A stretch of 64,000 bases of DNA from Candidatus Sulfomarinibacteraceae bacterium. GTDB taxonomy: Bacteria > Acidobacteriota > Thermoanaerobaculia > Thermoanaerobaculales > Sulfomarinibacteraceae. Below, piece after piece: positions 55,785 through 64,000 of this stretch. The stretch is from NCBI GenBank assembly GCA_963796455.1, contig CAWCLO010000001.1, positions 32,001 to 96,000 of the forward strand, read 5' to 3'. The translations under genes and the position numbers were made by a program. Numbering within the stretch: position 1 is the first letter of the stretch; each line of letters starts with the position of its first letter. The notes beneath the pieces were generated by a model. That model saw only the letters and a program-made list of their open reading frames with translations, was not told the origin of the DNA and ran no database searches.

Positions 55785-56363
55785 ATGAGAAACCTGACCT
55801 CAGCCATAGTCATCGTCTTGGCCCTGGCGTCGCTCGGCGCCACTAAGACAAAGGCCTATGTGGATTTTGACCGATCGGTCGACTTTCAATCCCTTCGAAC
55901 CTTCGCCTACATCGATACCCTCGAAACCTCGGTCGCCGAGCAAGCACCGCCGGTCCACGAGATGATCAAGCTGATCATCGTCAACAGATTCAAAAAGGGC
56001 GGCATGCAGGAGGTCGGCGAAAACGAAAACCCCGATATCTTGATCACCTACCACACCGACACCAATCAGGCCATGCGGATGAACACCACGCTATACCAGT
56101 ACCACTACAGTGCGAATTGGTATTGGAGCCCACTGTGGGGCAGCGGGATGGACGTCTCGAGCTACAGCCGCGGCACCCTGATCATCGATGCGTGGGTCCC
56201 AAAAACCAATACCCTGATCTGGCGCGGCACCGTTATTGGAATCGTTCCAGATGACCCGAGCCCGAAGAAGGCCCGTTCGACCATTGAAAAGGCGATCGAG
56301 AAGATCGCGAAAGAGTGGAAAAAGCACCGGAACGACCCACCACCAGTGCCGCCCTCCGAATAG
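55785..56363 (+). CDS. DUF4136-like exported protein
   Basis: VDFDRSVDF..RTFAY, PDILITY and GTLIID...LIWRG pattern. Confidence 0.75.
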   Translation: MRNLTSAIVIVLALASLGATKTKAYVDFDRSVDFQSLRTFAYIDTLETSVAEQAPPVHEMIKLIIVNRFKKGGMQEVGENENPDILITYHTDTNQAMRMNTTLYQYHYSANWYWSPLWGSGMDVSSYSRGTLIIDAWVPKTNTLIWRGTVIGIVPDDPSPKKARSTIEKAIEKIAKEWKKHRNDPPPVPPSE

Positions 56364-56470
56364 CGATCGAGGGTTCAGGAGGCTGGATTGCTGCTGTCCG
56401 AGACGGCGTCACGAACAAGGGTGATGCTCAAAGACGGATGCAGCACGCACGGGCGCACGGTACGGAGTGA

Positions 56471-56542
56471 CCGCAGATCACGCAGATGAACGCAGATCAA
56501 TTCGGGACCGATAATTTGTGTTTGTCTGCGTTATCTGCAGTT
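56471..56542. repeat. Inverted CGCAGAT nonamer arms
   Basis: CCGCAGATCACGCAGATGAACGCAGAT ... TCTGCGTTATCTGCAG. Confidence 0.7.
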
Positions 56543-56625
56543 TTCCAGCCTTTGGGTGGGGGACCTGATCCCTGCACACGAGCGGTCTCCCCTTCCCACT
56601 TTCGTCAACGGGAAAGGAACGGTCC

Positions 56626-56786
56626 TTCAAGATGTCATCCTGAGCGAGGCCGTCCGACGGCCGAGTCGAAGGACCCGTTCGACTCGCGTCGCTCGCTCAG
56701 GGCAGGTTCTGCGGCCTTGGGTTTCTTCCGCGTGCGCCATAGATCCTTCGACTACGCCCTTGGAGGGCTCCGCTCAGGATGACATC
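56626..56786 (-). repeat. GATGTCATCCTGAGCG palindromic element, copy 2 (inverted)
   Basis: Reverse-complement homolog of 1500-1666, including internal segments. Confidence 0.85.
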
Positions 56787-56839
56787 GGGAGGCGACACGC
56801 GCATTGAGGAACAATTTGTGCCGGGTGGTTTTCCCTTTC

Positions 56840-57091
56840 TCCTCCGCCCCTCTGCCCCTCTGCCATGTAGGAGGTTGTAAACTCCGAACTCCGAACTCCG
56901 AACTCCGAACTCCGAATTCCGAACTGAACCCCCTCTCTCCTCCGCCTCTCGCCAATAGTGGCCATGCCGAAAATTCGAAATTCGAAATCCCAAATCCGAA
57001 ATCGATCTGGATTCCCCCTTCTCCCTTTCTCCCTTTCTCCCTTTCTCCCTTCTCCCTTTCCCCCTTTCTCCCCTTCTCCCTTTCCCCCTTT
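56840..57091. repeat. Tandem clusters CCCCTCTG, (AACTCCG)x5, AAATTCG/AAATCCG and (CCCTTTCT)n
   Basis: Directly visible; 56850-56921 has an inverted homolog at 62304-62365. Confidence 0.8.
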
Positions 57092-57192
57092 CGGGATCCG
57101 TATCCACAGCGAGGGTTCGAAAGCGATAGCGCAGGATCGTACAGAATCAAACTCCGGCGGCGTTGAGAAAACCGTGCGCTAAACTGGACTCT

Positions 57193-59682
57193 ATGGCTCT
57201 ACCGCGATTTCGCTCCAATCTCCAGGACTCGCTCGGCAAACTGGCGAGGCACGAATATCAATCGGCGGAGGAATGCGACGCCCTCCTCCAGACCCTCTTT
57301 GAAGCCCAGAACATCAAGCCCAAAGACGTGGTGTGGATGGCATTTCGCGCGGAACGACCCCTCCGCGATGCATCGGTTCGCCTCCTTCGGCGATTGCGAA
57401 CCACTGCGACGGTCAGTCAATTCGTAGCCGAAAGCAGAGGCAAATCCGAATCCTCCCTCCGCATGGCCGCCGAGATTCTCTTTGGGCTTCGCATTCCGGA
57501 CATCGAGGCATATCTCATCGCTTTGCTGAGTGCGGAGGATGAGGCGGTCCGCGATGCCACCCGCAGGTTGATTTTCGAGGCTCCGACCACCGAGTCGATG
57601 CAGACCCTTTTCTGGCGGCTTGTCGAAACCAGCCCGACCGAAGACCGCAACATCTTTCTCGAACGTCTGGCCTCCCTCGATTTCAATCCCGACTCCCTTC
57701 CACGCTGGAGTCAACTTGTATCAGACGAGGACTCGAGGGTCCGGGCGACCGCACTCCGATTCCTTGCCGACAATTGCGCGGAAGATTCCGTCGATCTGAT
57801 CGTCGACCATCTGCCACGGGTCGACTACGCGACCCAACAGCACCTCATCGAAGCCCTCAGCCGGGTCGCCCTTTCGCTCGGGCCGGGTTTTGTCGACCGC
57901 CTGCTCCCTTTGATGGCGTCGGGAGAAGCAGGCACCCGATCGGCGGTGATCAAGGTCCTGCTCAGCATGGACAACCGCCACGAATTGGTGAAGAGCTACC
58001 TCAAATTTTCGAAAACCCTCGCCGGATGGGCCCGCGATCGCGCCCTCGACTCGATGCGAGAGTTCGGCGACGATCTGGTGGAACCCACCCTCGAACTCCT
58101 CAACGACAGCGACGAGGAGATACGCGCGCTGGCGCTGGTGGTGGCAGGCTCCTTCGACGATCCTCGAATCATCCCGGCCACGATCGGTCTTCTCAAGGAC
58201 CCCGACTGGTGGCTCCGGGTGACCGCAGCCGACACCCTCGGCAGATTCCATGATGCGAGCGCCGTCGACGCCCTGATCGCGACTCTCGATGACCCGGAGG
58301 CTCGATGGTCGGCGGTCGAGGCCCTCGGCCGCATCGGCGATCCACGATCGCTGCAGGCCCTGGCCAAGCTCTTCGCCGACCCCGCACCCGAGGTCCGAAT
58401 CGAGGTCTTGCTGGCGCTGCGAAAGTTCAATCACCCGAAGATCCTCGAAGCACTGCAAAAGGTGGCGGCCACCGATCCTGACCGAAACGTCCGCAGCCGG
58501 GCCCTGGAGATCACCGAGGAGGTTGCGCGACGTGACAACACCCAGGTCGCTGATGCAGACGGCCTACGCGCCAAGGCGCTCCGAGTCGAGGCGGGAGAAA
58601 ACGAGCCGCGTCTGCACGAATTGCTCGCGCAGACTCGCAATAAGGGCGCCTCCGATTTTCACCTGGCGGTGGGTCTACCACCGATGGTTCGCGAATCGAT
58701 CCGGTTGGTTCCCATGAAGGGCGCGCCATTCTCCGCGGATGAAACCGAAAAAATGGTGCGCGAAATCCTGACCGAGGACCAACTCCGGCGTCTGGACGAG
58801 GAACAACAGCTCGATCTGTGTTACTTCGTCCCGGGGGCAGGCCGCTATCGAGGCAACATTTTTCTCGATCACAAAGGTCTGAACGCGGTCTTCCGTGTCA
58901 TACCTGAACAACCACCGACGATCGAGGAGATCGGTCTCCCCGGCCATCTCGCCGAAATCGCCTCGCACCACCAGGGCCTCGTCCTTGTGTGTGGTCCGAC
59001 CGGCTGCGGCAAGACCACCACCCTGGCGGCTCTCGTCAACCTTTTCAACGAAACACGACAGGCCCACATCATCACGCTCGAGGAACCGGTGGAGTTCGTC
59101 CACCCGTTCAAAAACTGTCTCGTCAACCAACGTGAGATCGGGGCTGACACCGAGTCCTACGCCCGGGCCCTCCGCGGTGCGCTCCGCGAAGACCCGGATG
59201 TCATCGTCATCGGAGATCTGCGCGACAACGAGTCCATTTCACTCGCGCTGACGGCCGCAGAAACCGGACACATCGTACTCGGCACCCTCAGCTCGACCAC
59301 CGCGCCAAAGGCGATCGATCGCATCATCACCAGCTTTCCCCACAAAGAGCAGCCACAGGTCCGAATCGCCCTGGCCGAATCACTCAAGTACATCATCGCG
59401 CAACGTCTCCTACCCATCCAAGGAACCCGCGAGCGGATCGCCTGCTTCGAGATCCTCATCGGCACCATGTCGGTCACCAACCTGATTCAGGACGAAAAAA
59501 CCTACCAGTTGACCTCCGCCATGCAGCTGGGCAAAACCCAGGGGATGCAGACCTTTGACGACGGCCTCCGGCGCCTGGTGCGGTCCGGCAAGATCACGGC
59601 GGAAGATGCCTACCTGCACGCGACGAATCGGGAGGAGTTCGAAGCGATGGTTTCGGAAGAATTTCTCGCGGAGAGGGGCTGA
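57193..59682 (+). CDS. PilT/PilU-family ATPase with long N-terminal HEAT-repeat domain
   Basis: About 450 aa of HEAT-like repeats, then ASDFHL, GPTGCGKTTT, LEEPVEF, LREDPDVI and AETGH. Confidence 0.85.
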   Translation: MALPRFRSNLQDSLGKLARHEYQSAEECDALLQTLFEAQNIKPKDVVWMAFRAERPLRDASVRLLRRLRTTATVSQFVAESRGKSESSLRMAAEILFGLRIPDIEAYLIALLSAEDEAVRDATRRLIFEAPTTESMQTLFWRLVETSPTEDRNIFLERLASLDFNPDSLPRWSQLVSDEDSRVRATALRFLADNCAEDSVDLIVDHLPRVDYATQQHLIEALSRVALSLGPGFVDRLLPLMASGEAGTRSAVIKVLLSMDNRHELVKSYLKFSKTLAGWARDRALDSMREFGDDLVEPTLELLNDSDEEIRALALVVAGSFDDPRIIPATIGLLKDPDWWLRVTAADTLGRFHDASAVDALIATLDDPEARWSAVEALGRIGDPRSLQALAKLFADPAPEVRIEVLLALRKFNHPKILEALQKVAATDPDRNVRSRALEITEEVARRDNTQVADADGLRAKALRVEAGENEPRLHELLAQTRNKGASDFHLAVGLPPMVRESIRLVPMKGAPFSADETEKMVREILTEDQLRRLDEEQQLDLCYFVPGAGRYRGNIFLDHKGLNAVFRVIPEQPPTIEEIGLPGHLAEIASHHQGLVLVCGPTGCGKTTTLAALVNLFNETRQAHIITLEEPVEFVHPFKNCLVNQREIGADTESYARALRGALREDPDVIVIGDLRDNESISLALTAAETGHIVLGTLSSTTAPKAIDRIITSFPHKEQPQVRIALAESLKYIIAQRLLPIQGTRERIACFEILIGTMSVTNLIQDEKTYQLTSAMQLGKTQGMQTFDDGLRRLVRSGKITAEDAYLHATNREEFEAMVSEEFLAERG

Positions 59683-59685
59683 TCG

Positions 59686-60792
59686 ATGGCCGAACACAAA
59701 CGCGTCGATCGTTTCCTGCAACTCATGAACGACCGCGGAGCCTCCGATCTTCATTTTTCGGTCGGTCGTCCACCCATGTTGCGGGTTGGAGGATCGATGG
59801 AGCAGATCCGCTATCGCACGGTGAAAGAGCTCGACTATGTCGACCTCATCAAACCCATCTCTCCTACAGCTCGCTGGCAGCAATTCGAAGAAACGGGCGA
59901 CACGGATTTCTCCTACGAACTCGAAGATGTCGGACGCTTTCGGGTCAATCTTTTCCGCCAGCAGCGTGGATCGGGCGCGGTTTTTCGGATCATTCCATCA
60001 AAGATCATGACCATCGAACAGCTCAGTCTGCCACCACAGCTGCGACGTCTGGCCGATATCCGGAGCGGCATGGTCATCGTCACCGGTCCCACCGGTTCGG
60101 GAAAATCGACCACCCTGGCAGCCATCATCGATCTCATCAACGAGACCAAGAGCTACCACATTGTGACGATCGAAGACCCCATCGAGTTCGTGCACGCCAA
60201 CAAGGAGTGTCTGATCCACCAGCGCGAGGTCGGGACCCACGCAGCGTCCTTCGCCGATGCCCTGCGCGCCGCCGGCCGCGAAGACCCCGATCTCGTCCTG
60301 GTCGGCGAATTGCGAGATCTCGAGACCATCTCGATGGCGTTGTCCGCCGCGGAACGCGGCACCATCGTCTTTGCGACCTTGCACACCAACAACGCCATCA
60401 AGACCGTGGACCGAATTATTTCGGTATTCCCAGCCGGTGAACAGGAAGGGGCGCGCAACGTCCTCGCCGAAGGCCTGCAATCGATCGTGTCGCAGCAGCT
60501 GATGCCAAAGATCGGTGGCGGGCGGGCGGCGGCGGTCGAGATCGTTTTCATGTCGCCGGCCATCTCGAATCTCATTCGGCGTGGCAAGACCCAACAGATC
60601 ACTTCACTCATCCAGGGAGGGGTGAATCAGGGCATGATCGATATGGACACCTCGATTCGCGCCCTTTACGACGAGGGAATCGTGACCGCCCAGGCGGCCT
60701 ACGACAAGGCGATCGACAAGGAATTGTTCAAGGACATCATGGACGAGGGCGGCGGAGGGGCTCCCGCAGACCAGCCACCATCGGAATCCTGA
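59686..60792 (+). CDS. pilT: Type IV pilus retraction ATPase
   Basis: ASDLHF, GPTGSGKSTT, IEDPIEF, REDPD, TLHT and AISNLIR motifs. Confidence 0.9.
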   Translation: MAEHKRVDRFLQLMNDRGASDLHFSVGRPPMLRVGGSMEQIRYRTVKELDYVDLIKPISPTARWQQFEETGDTDFSYELEDVGRFRVNLFRQQRGSGAVFRIIPSKIMTIEQLSLPPQLRRLADIRSGMVIVTGPTGSGKSTTLAAIIDLINETKSYHIVTIEDPIEFVHANKECLIHQREVGTHAASFADALRAAGREDPDLVLVGELRDLETISMALSAAERGTIVFATLHTNNAIKTVDRIISVFPAGEQEGARNVLAEGLQSIVSQQLMPKIGGGRAAAVEIVFMSPAISNLIRRGKTQQITSLIQGGVNQGMIDMDTSIRALYDEGIVTAQAAYDKAIDKELFKDIMDEGGGGAPADQPPSES

Positions 60793-60867
60793 TCTTCGGA
60801 CAGGTTTGGACGCTCGATGCTCGACACTCGATGCTCGACGCTCGATGCTGGATGCTGGATGCTGGAT

Positions 60868-61303
60868 CACTGCTGTCCAAAACAGATCGTCACCTGAAGT
60901 TAGGCAACTGAAACACGTGGTTTACGGGTTGGTTTTTGGCATATCCGGTTCGCGGTTGGCCCGTACCCGATTCCGATCCCGATCCCGAATTGCAGCGGCG
61001 GCGACAGTGTCTAGCGACCGGGTTCAGCGATCGGTGTTCAGCGGCAGCGATCAGGAGTCCTGGCGACGAAGTGGCCTCCTCCGGGTGGTTCAACAGAAGG
61101 AACAGCCGTTGTGGTGTAGGCGTCTCGCCTGCACACCGTGCGGCCGAGACGGCCGCACCACAAAGGCCGGAGCCCGAAGAAGTGAATGCTGTTCGCTGTC
61201 CCGGCCGCTGATCACTGACGCTGATGACTGATTGCTGCCGCTGACTCCTGATCTCTGTCGCTGTCCCTGTTCGTTATCCGAGAACCTGTCTTGGACAAGA
61301 GTG
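60868..61303 (+). mobile_element. CACT/AGTG TIR element, copy D (non-autonomous, REP-doublet core)
   Basis: Ends CACTGCTGTCCAAAACAG and CTGTCTTGGACAAGAGTG, AT on both sides, inside a CTGGATG array. Confidence 0.82.
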
Positions 61304-61411
61304 ATGCTGGATGCTGGATGCTGGATGCGACAAACGCATTTTTTCTGACCATCCATGTCAACCGGTGGGCGGGTAATTCGAGTATCCAGAATCTAGTATC
61401 TAGTATCCCGA

Positions 61412-62251
61412 TCACGCCCCAGGACAAACATTCGTGACAAAGTCGTGAATTGCTCGAAAGTAATCCTCTCCCCCCACCAGCCAGGTCTCGTTGTGACCCG
61501 CTCCCAGGACCTCGTGAAATAACCTGGGTTCGGAGGCCGCTTCGAAGAGTTTCCGGCCCAATTCGAAAGGCACGACCTCGTCTGTTTTTGAGTGGATGAA
61601 GAGTTTGGGGCTCGTGACGAACGGGATCTTGGCCAACGAGTTCATCCTGGTCCGGATCAAAAAGCGGGGCACAAAGGGATAATGTCTGCCGGCCATTTCC
61701 GGGATCGAGGTGAAGCTCGACTCGACGATCAATCCGGCCGCATCAACTTCCATGGCGAGATCCACCGCCACGGCACCGCCGAGTGATTTGCCAAAGATGA
61801 CCACGTCCTCCGGTCTGGTCCCACCGGTTGCAGCCACATCGTTCCACGCCGCGCGTGCATCAAGAAACAAACCCGACTCGGATGGCTTTCCTTCACTCCG
61901 ACCATAACCACGATAGCCCGCCACAAAAACCTGAGCGCCGACCCTCTGACAAAGCATCATCGCGAGCTCGGCCCGGTGGCTCAGATTGCCGGCGTTGCCG
62001 TGAAAGAAAAGAAGGACCGGATCCCTCTCTCCCCCTTCCGTGCGCCGGACCCACCAACTGTGGAGCCGGACGCCGTCGACCGCAGCATAGTTTCGATCTT
62101 CTATGACGCATCCGGTGCCGCTCGCCACCACCTCCACATCCCAAAGCCCGTCGGGGTAGCGGGTCGGGAAAAAAATCAACGAGCGTTCAAAGAGAGCCAT
62201 GAGCACGATCATGATAACGAAGCTCAGGACGGCAACGGCGAGGAATTTCAC
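61412..62251 (-). CDS. Alpha/beta hydrolase (ABHD/BEM46-like)
   Basis: FHGNAGN, YRGYGRSEG.PSE.GL, GKSLGG, DEVVP and GHN motifs. Confidence 0.9.
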   Translation of the reverse strand: MKFLAVAVLSFVIMIVLMALFERSLIFFPTRYPDGLWDVEVVASGTGCVIEDRNYAAVDGVRLHSWWVRRTEGGERDPVLLFFHGNAGNLSHRAELAMMLCQRVGAQVFVAGYRGYGRSEGKPSESGLFLDARAAWNDVAATGGTRPEDVVIFGKSLGGAVAVDLAMEVDAAGLIVESSFTSIPEMAGRHYPFVPRFLIRTRMNSLAKIPFVTSPKLFIHSKTDEVVPFELGRKLFEAASEPRLFHEVLGAGHNETWLVGGEDYFRAIHDFVTNVCPGA

Positions 62252-62262
62252 CGGCTCAGCCT

Positions 62263-62455
62263 AGCAGGGGCACGGGGAAGGGGGAAAGGGGGGACCCAGA
62301 AGGAATTCGGATTTCGGATTTCGGATTTCGGATTTAACAACTACCTATGTGGCAGAGGGGCAGAGTCCTCAGCTCGATCGGGGTGAAGGGCGGGTCTCCC
62401 CTTCTCCCATGCTCCCTTTCTCCCCTGCTCCCTTTCGGGCGCGGGTACAGGGCGG
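62263..62455. repeat. Purine/pyrimidine octamer arms enclosing (TTTCGGA)n
   Basis: G/A-rich arm 62263-62297 is complementary to C/T-rich arm 62393-62436; heptamers at 62304-62335. Confidence 0.7.
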
Positions 62456-62459
62456 GAAA

Positions 62460-62536
62460 TGGCGGGGCTAGGAGGACTCGAACCTCCGACCTTGAGTTTA
62501 GGAAACTCCTGCTCTATCCACCTGAGCCATAGCCCC
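62460..62536 (-). tRNA. tRNA-Arg (anticodon CCT)
   Basis: GGGGCTA/TAGCCCC acceptor stem, encoded CCA end, GGTTCGAG T-loop, anticodon loop TTCCTAA; 77 nt. Confidence 0.95.
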
Positions 62537-62603
62537 GCTCGGAGGAGAGCTGATGCTATTGATCCTTGTTCGTCGTGTCAATGCTCCACCGCCGGTCGCA
62601 CAA

Positions 62604-62703
62604 GGTTTGAGGTTTGAGGTCTGAGTTTGAGTTGACTGTCTTCAGACCGGTCACGAAGCCGACAGTCCGAAACTCATAACTCAAAACTCATAACTCAACA
62701 CTC
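62604..62703. repeat. Inverted heptamer arms (TTTGAGG/T)n ... (AACTCAW)n
   Basis: Directly visible between the tRNA and the upstream gene. Confidence 0.75.
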
Positions 62704-62707
62704 CTCA

Positions 62708-63787
62708 TCACTGAGGCACAGCGGCCCCGTCGACCCACAGCTTGCCGGGAAGGCACAATGCGAAGTGCAGGCCATCCTTCTCGAGGTTCGGGATCCACAG
62801 GGGCAGGCCGCGCCGCGCGGCGGCCTCGGCGAGGTGCGTCAGCAACAACCCGGCCGGCGTACCCGGGCGCAGATCCCGGGTGACCCAACCCGGAACCCTG
62901 ACCGCAGCAAGGCCGTCAGCCGCAGCCACATCGTCAATCGAGAGCACCTCTTCGACCTTGTCTGCATCGTTATTTTCGTCGATGATCCATCGGCCCCGCT
63001 CACCGCCATCCATCACCGGCCGCGCCATCCAACCGGACCCACCCCTCGCGTCTCCGTCCAATCCCCACCACCCGATGTGCTCACCGCCAGGCAATTCACG
63101 AACCGGCGAGAGGCTCCGAACGCCCGCCAGCTCCTCGGCTGGAGCATCCATCACCAGCGCACGATAGACGGCGCCGAGTACATCGTCATCCGCCGGCTGG
63201 ATCCGGGACAGGCATAGATCCGGTGTCGGCCCATCGATTCCATCCACCACTGTCTGCCAATGCAACCGGATCTGTTCCGCGTCGATCCCCTCACCAACCA
63301 CCAGTGCCGGCCACGAGACGACAGCTGGCGCGGCGCCGAGATTCAAGGAGAGATCGTGGAGCATGGTCGCGAGCCTTTGCGGCCCCAGTTGCCGCCGCCA
63401 GAACGAGAGGTCGGGAAAGCTCACCAACGCGAGCTGCGGGACCTTCAAGAGCAACGAGACCAGTGAGGCATCACCAGCCGATGGTTCCGGAGTCGTCGAT
63501 CCCGCCGCTTCCAGGGCCTCCAGGATTCCGAGGGACGAGGTCGGGAGCCAGACGGCACCTCCGACGCCAAGCCGGAGCGCCATTACGAGAGAGCCCTCAT
63601 CGGCCACGGCCGCCACCGATCGAGAGCGGTCTTCGGCGGATTCTGCGGCCATGGCTGCGATCCAGTCGGAATTCCCATCGTCGATGGCGAAACACTGCGG
63701 GCGGAAGGCGCCGCCCGCAAGAACCCCTTCGAGCACGCTGAGCGAGGCCTCGCGAACTGCGTCGCCCGGATTGCCCAGAATCCTCAT
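62708..63787 (-). CDS. Hypothetical protein (possible degenerate receiver-like N-terminus)
   Basis: Long ORF; ATG 63787 follows the acylphosphatase stop; ALRLGVGG resembles the receiver alpha4-beta5 region. Confidence 0.6.
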   Translation of the reverse strand: MRILGNPGDAVREASLSVLEGVLAGGAFRPQCFAIDDGNSDWIAAMAAESAEDRSRSVAAVADEGSLVMALRLGVGGAVWLPTSSLGILEALEAAGSTTPEPSAGDASLVSLLLKVPQLALVSFPDLSFWRRQLGPQRLATMLHDLSLNLGAAPAVVSWPALVVGEGIDAEQIRLHWQTVVDGIDGPTPDLCLSRIQPADDDVLGAVYRALVMDAPAEELAGVRSLSPVRELPGGEHIGWWGLDGDARGGSGWMARPVMDGGERGRWIIDENNDADKVEEVLSIDDVAAADGLAAVRVPGWVTRDLRPGTPAGLLLTHLAEAAARRGLPLWIPNLEKDGLHFALCLPGKLWVDGAAVPQ

Positions 63788-63788
63788 C

Positions 63789-64000
63789 TCAGCCACCATC
63801 GCGGCGGATCTCAAAACCGGCCGAGAGATCGGCGCAGGCGAGCTCGGTGGCGTGGACCGAATCGACCCTTGACCCGCGAGGTCCTTCGCCCAGGTGCCGT
63901 CGGATCTGTTCGTGCTGGTTTTCGGTTGCACGAACCAGCGCTTCGACCGACCCGTCAGTCCGGTTGCGAACCCAGCCGTTGAGCCCGAGGATCTCGGCAT
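63789..64000 (-). CDS. acyP: Acylphosphatase, 3' part (gene begins beyond the window)
   Basis: Frame from 63998 reads AEILGLNGWVRNRTDGSVE...GPRGSRVDSV...FEIRRDGG*; not in the ORF track. Confidence 0.85.
   Translation of the reverse strand, partial: AEILGLNGWVRNRTDGSVEALVRATENQHEQIRRHLGEGPRGSRVDSVHATELACADLSAGFEIRRDGG

Noticed and set aside
62252..62536. Integrative element at tRNA-Arg
   Set aside because: No integrase, and I found no duplicated tRNA 3' end in the window.

Overview
GC-rich (roughly 60%) bacterial chromosomal window. The gene content suggests a sulfur-dissimilating heterotroph; resemblance to sulfate-reducing Acidobacteriota is an inference, not proven. Coding content: a metallophosphoesterase, a YyaL-like protein and a GH2 glycosidase; a GntR-controlled hexuronate operon (TRAP dctPQM, uxaE, SDR, LarA-like epimerase, gnd, PfkB kinase); a plant-type galacturonokinase-like kinase coupled to a nucleotidyltransferase; a selenocysteine peroxiredoxin with a SECIS-like hairpin; glpD/glpK; adk divergent from aprBA-(2 small genes)-qmoABC-sat, followed by a membrane pyrophosphatase; a MacAB-like ABC exporter with three permeases; BCP, a cyclophilin and a Ser/Thr kinase-TPR protein; a HEAT-repeat-PilT fusion plus pilT; tRNA-Arg(CCT); and the 3' end of acylphosphatase. 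Eight single-base frameshifts (seven within 34.0-38.8 kb) look like assembly indels. The most striking unexplained signal is intergenic. Many of the larger spacers are built from nested inverted arms of 6-9 nt tandem repeats. Within them is a four-copy family of transposase-less elements with CACT...AGTG terminal inverted repeats, inserted in either orientation at the AT of (CTGGATG)n arrays. One copy carries only a four-helix-bundle (IVS/Avd-like) gene whose ribosome-binding site sits in a long hairpin; the other copies carry a REP doublet in its place.
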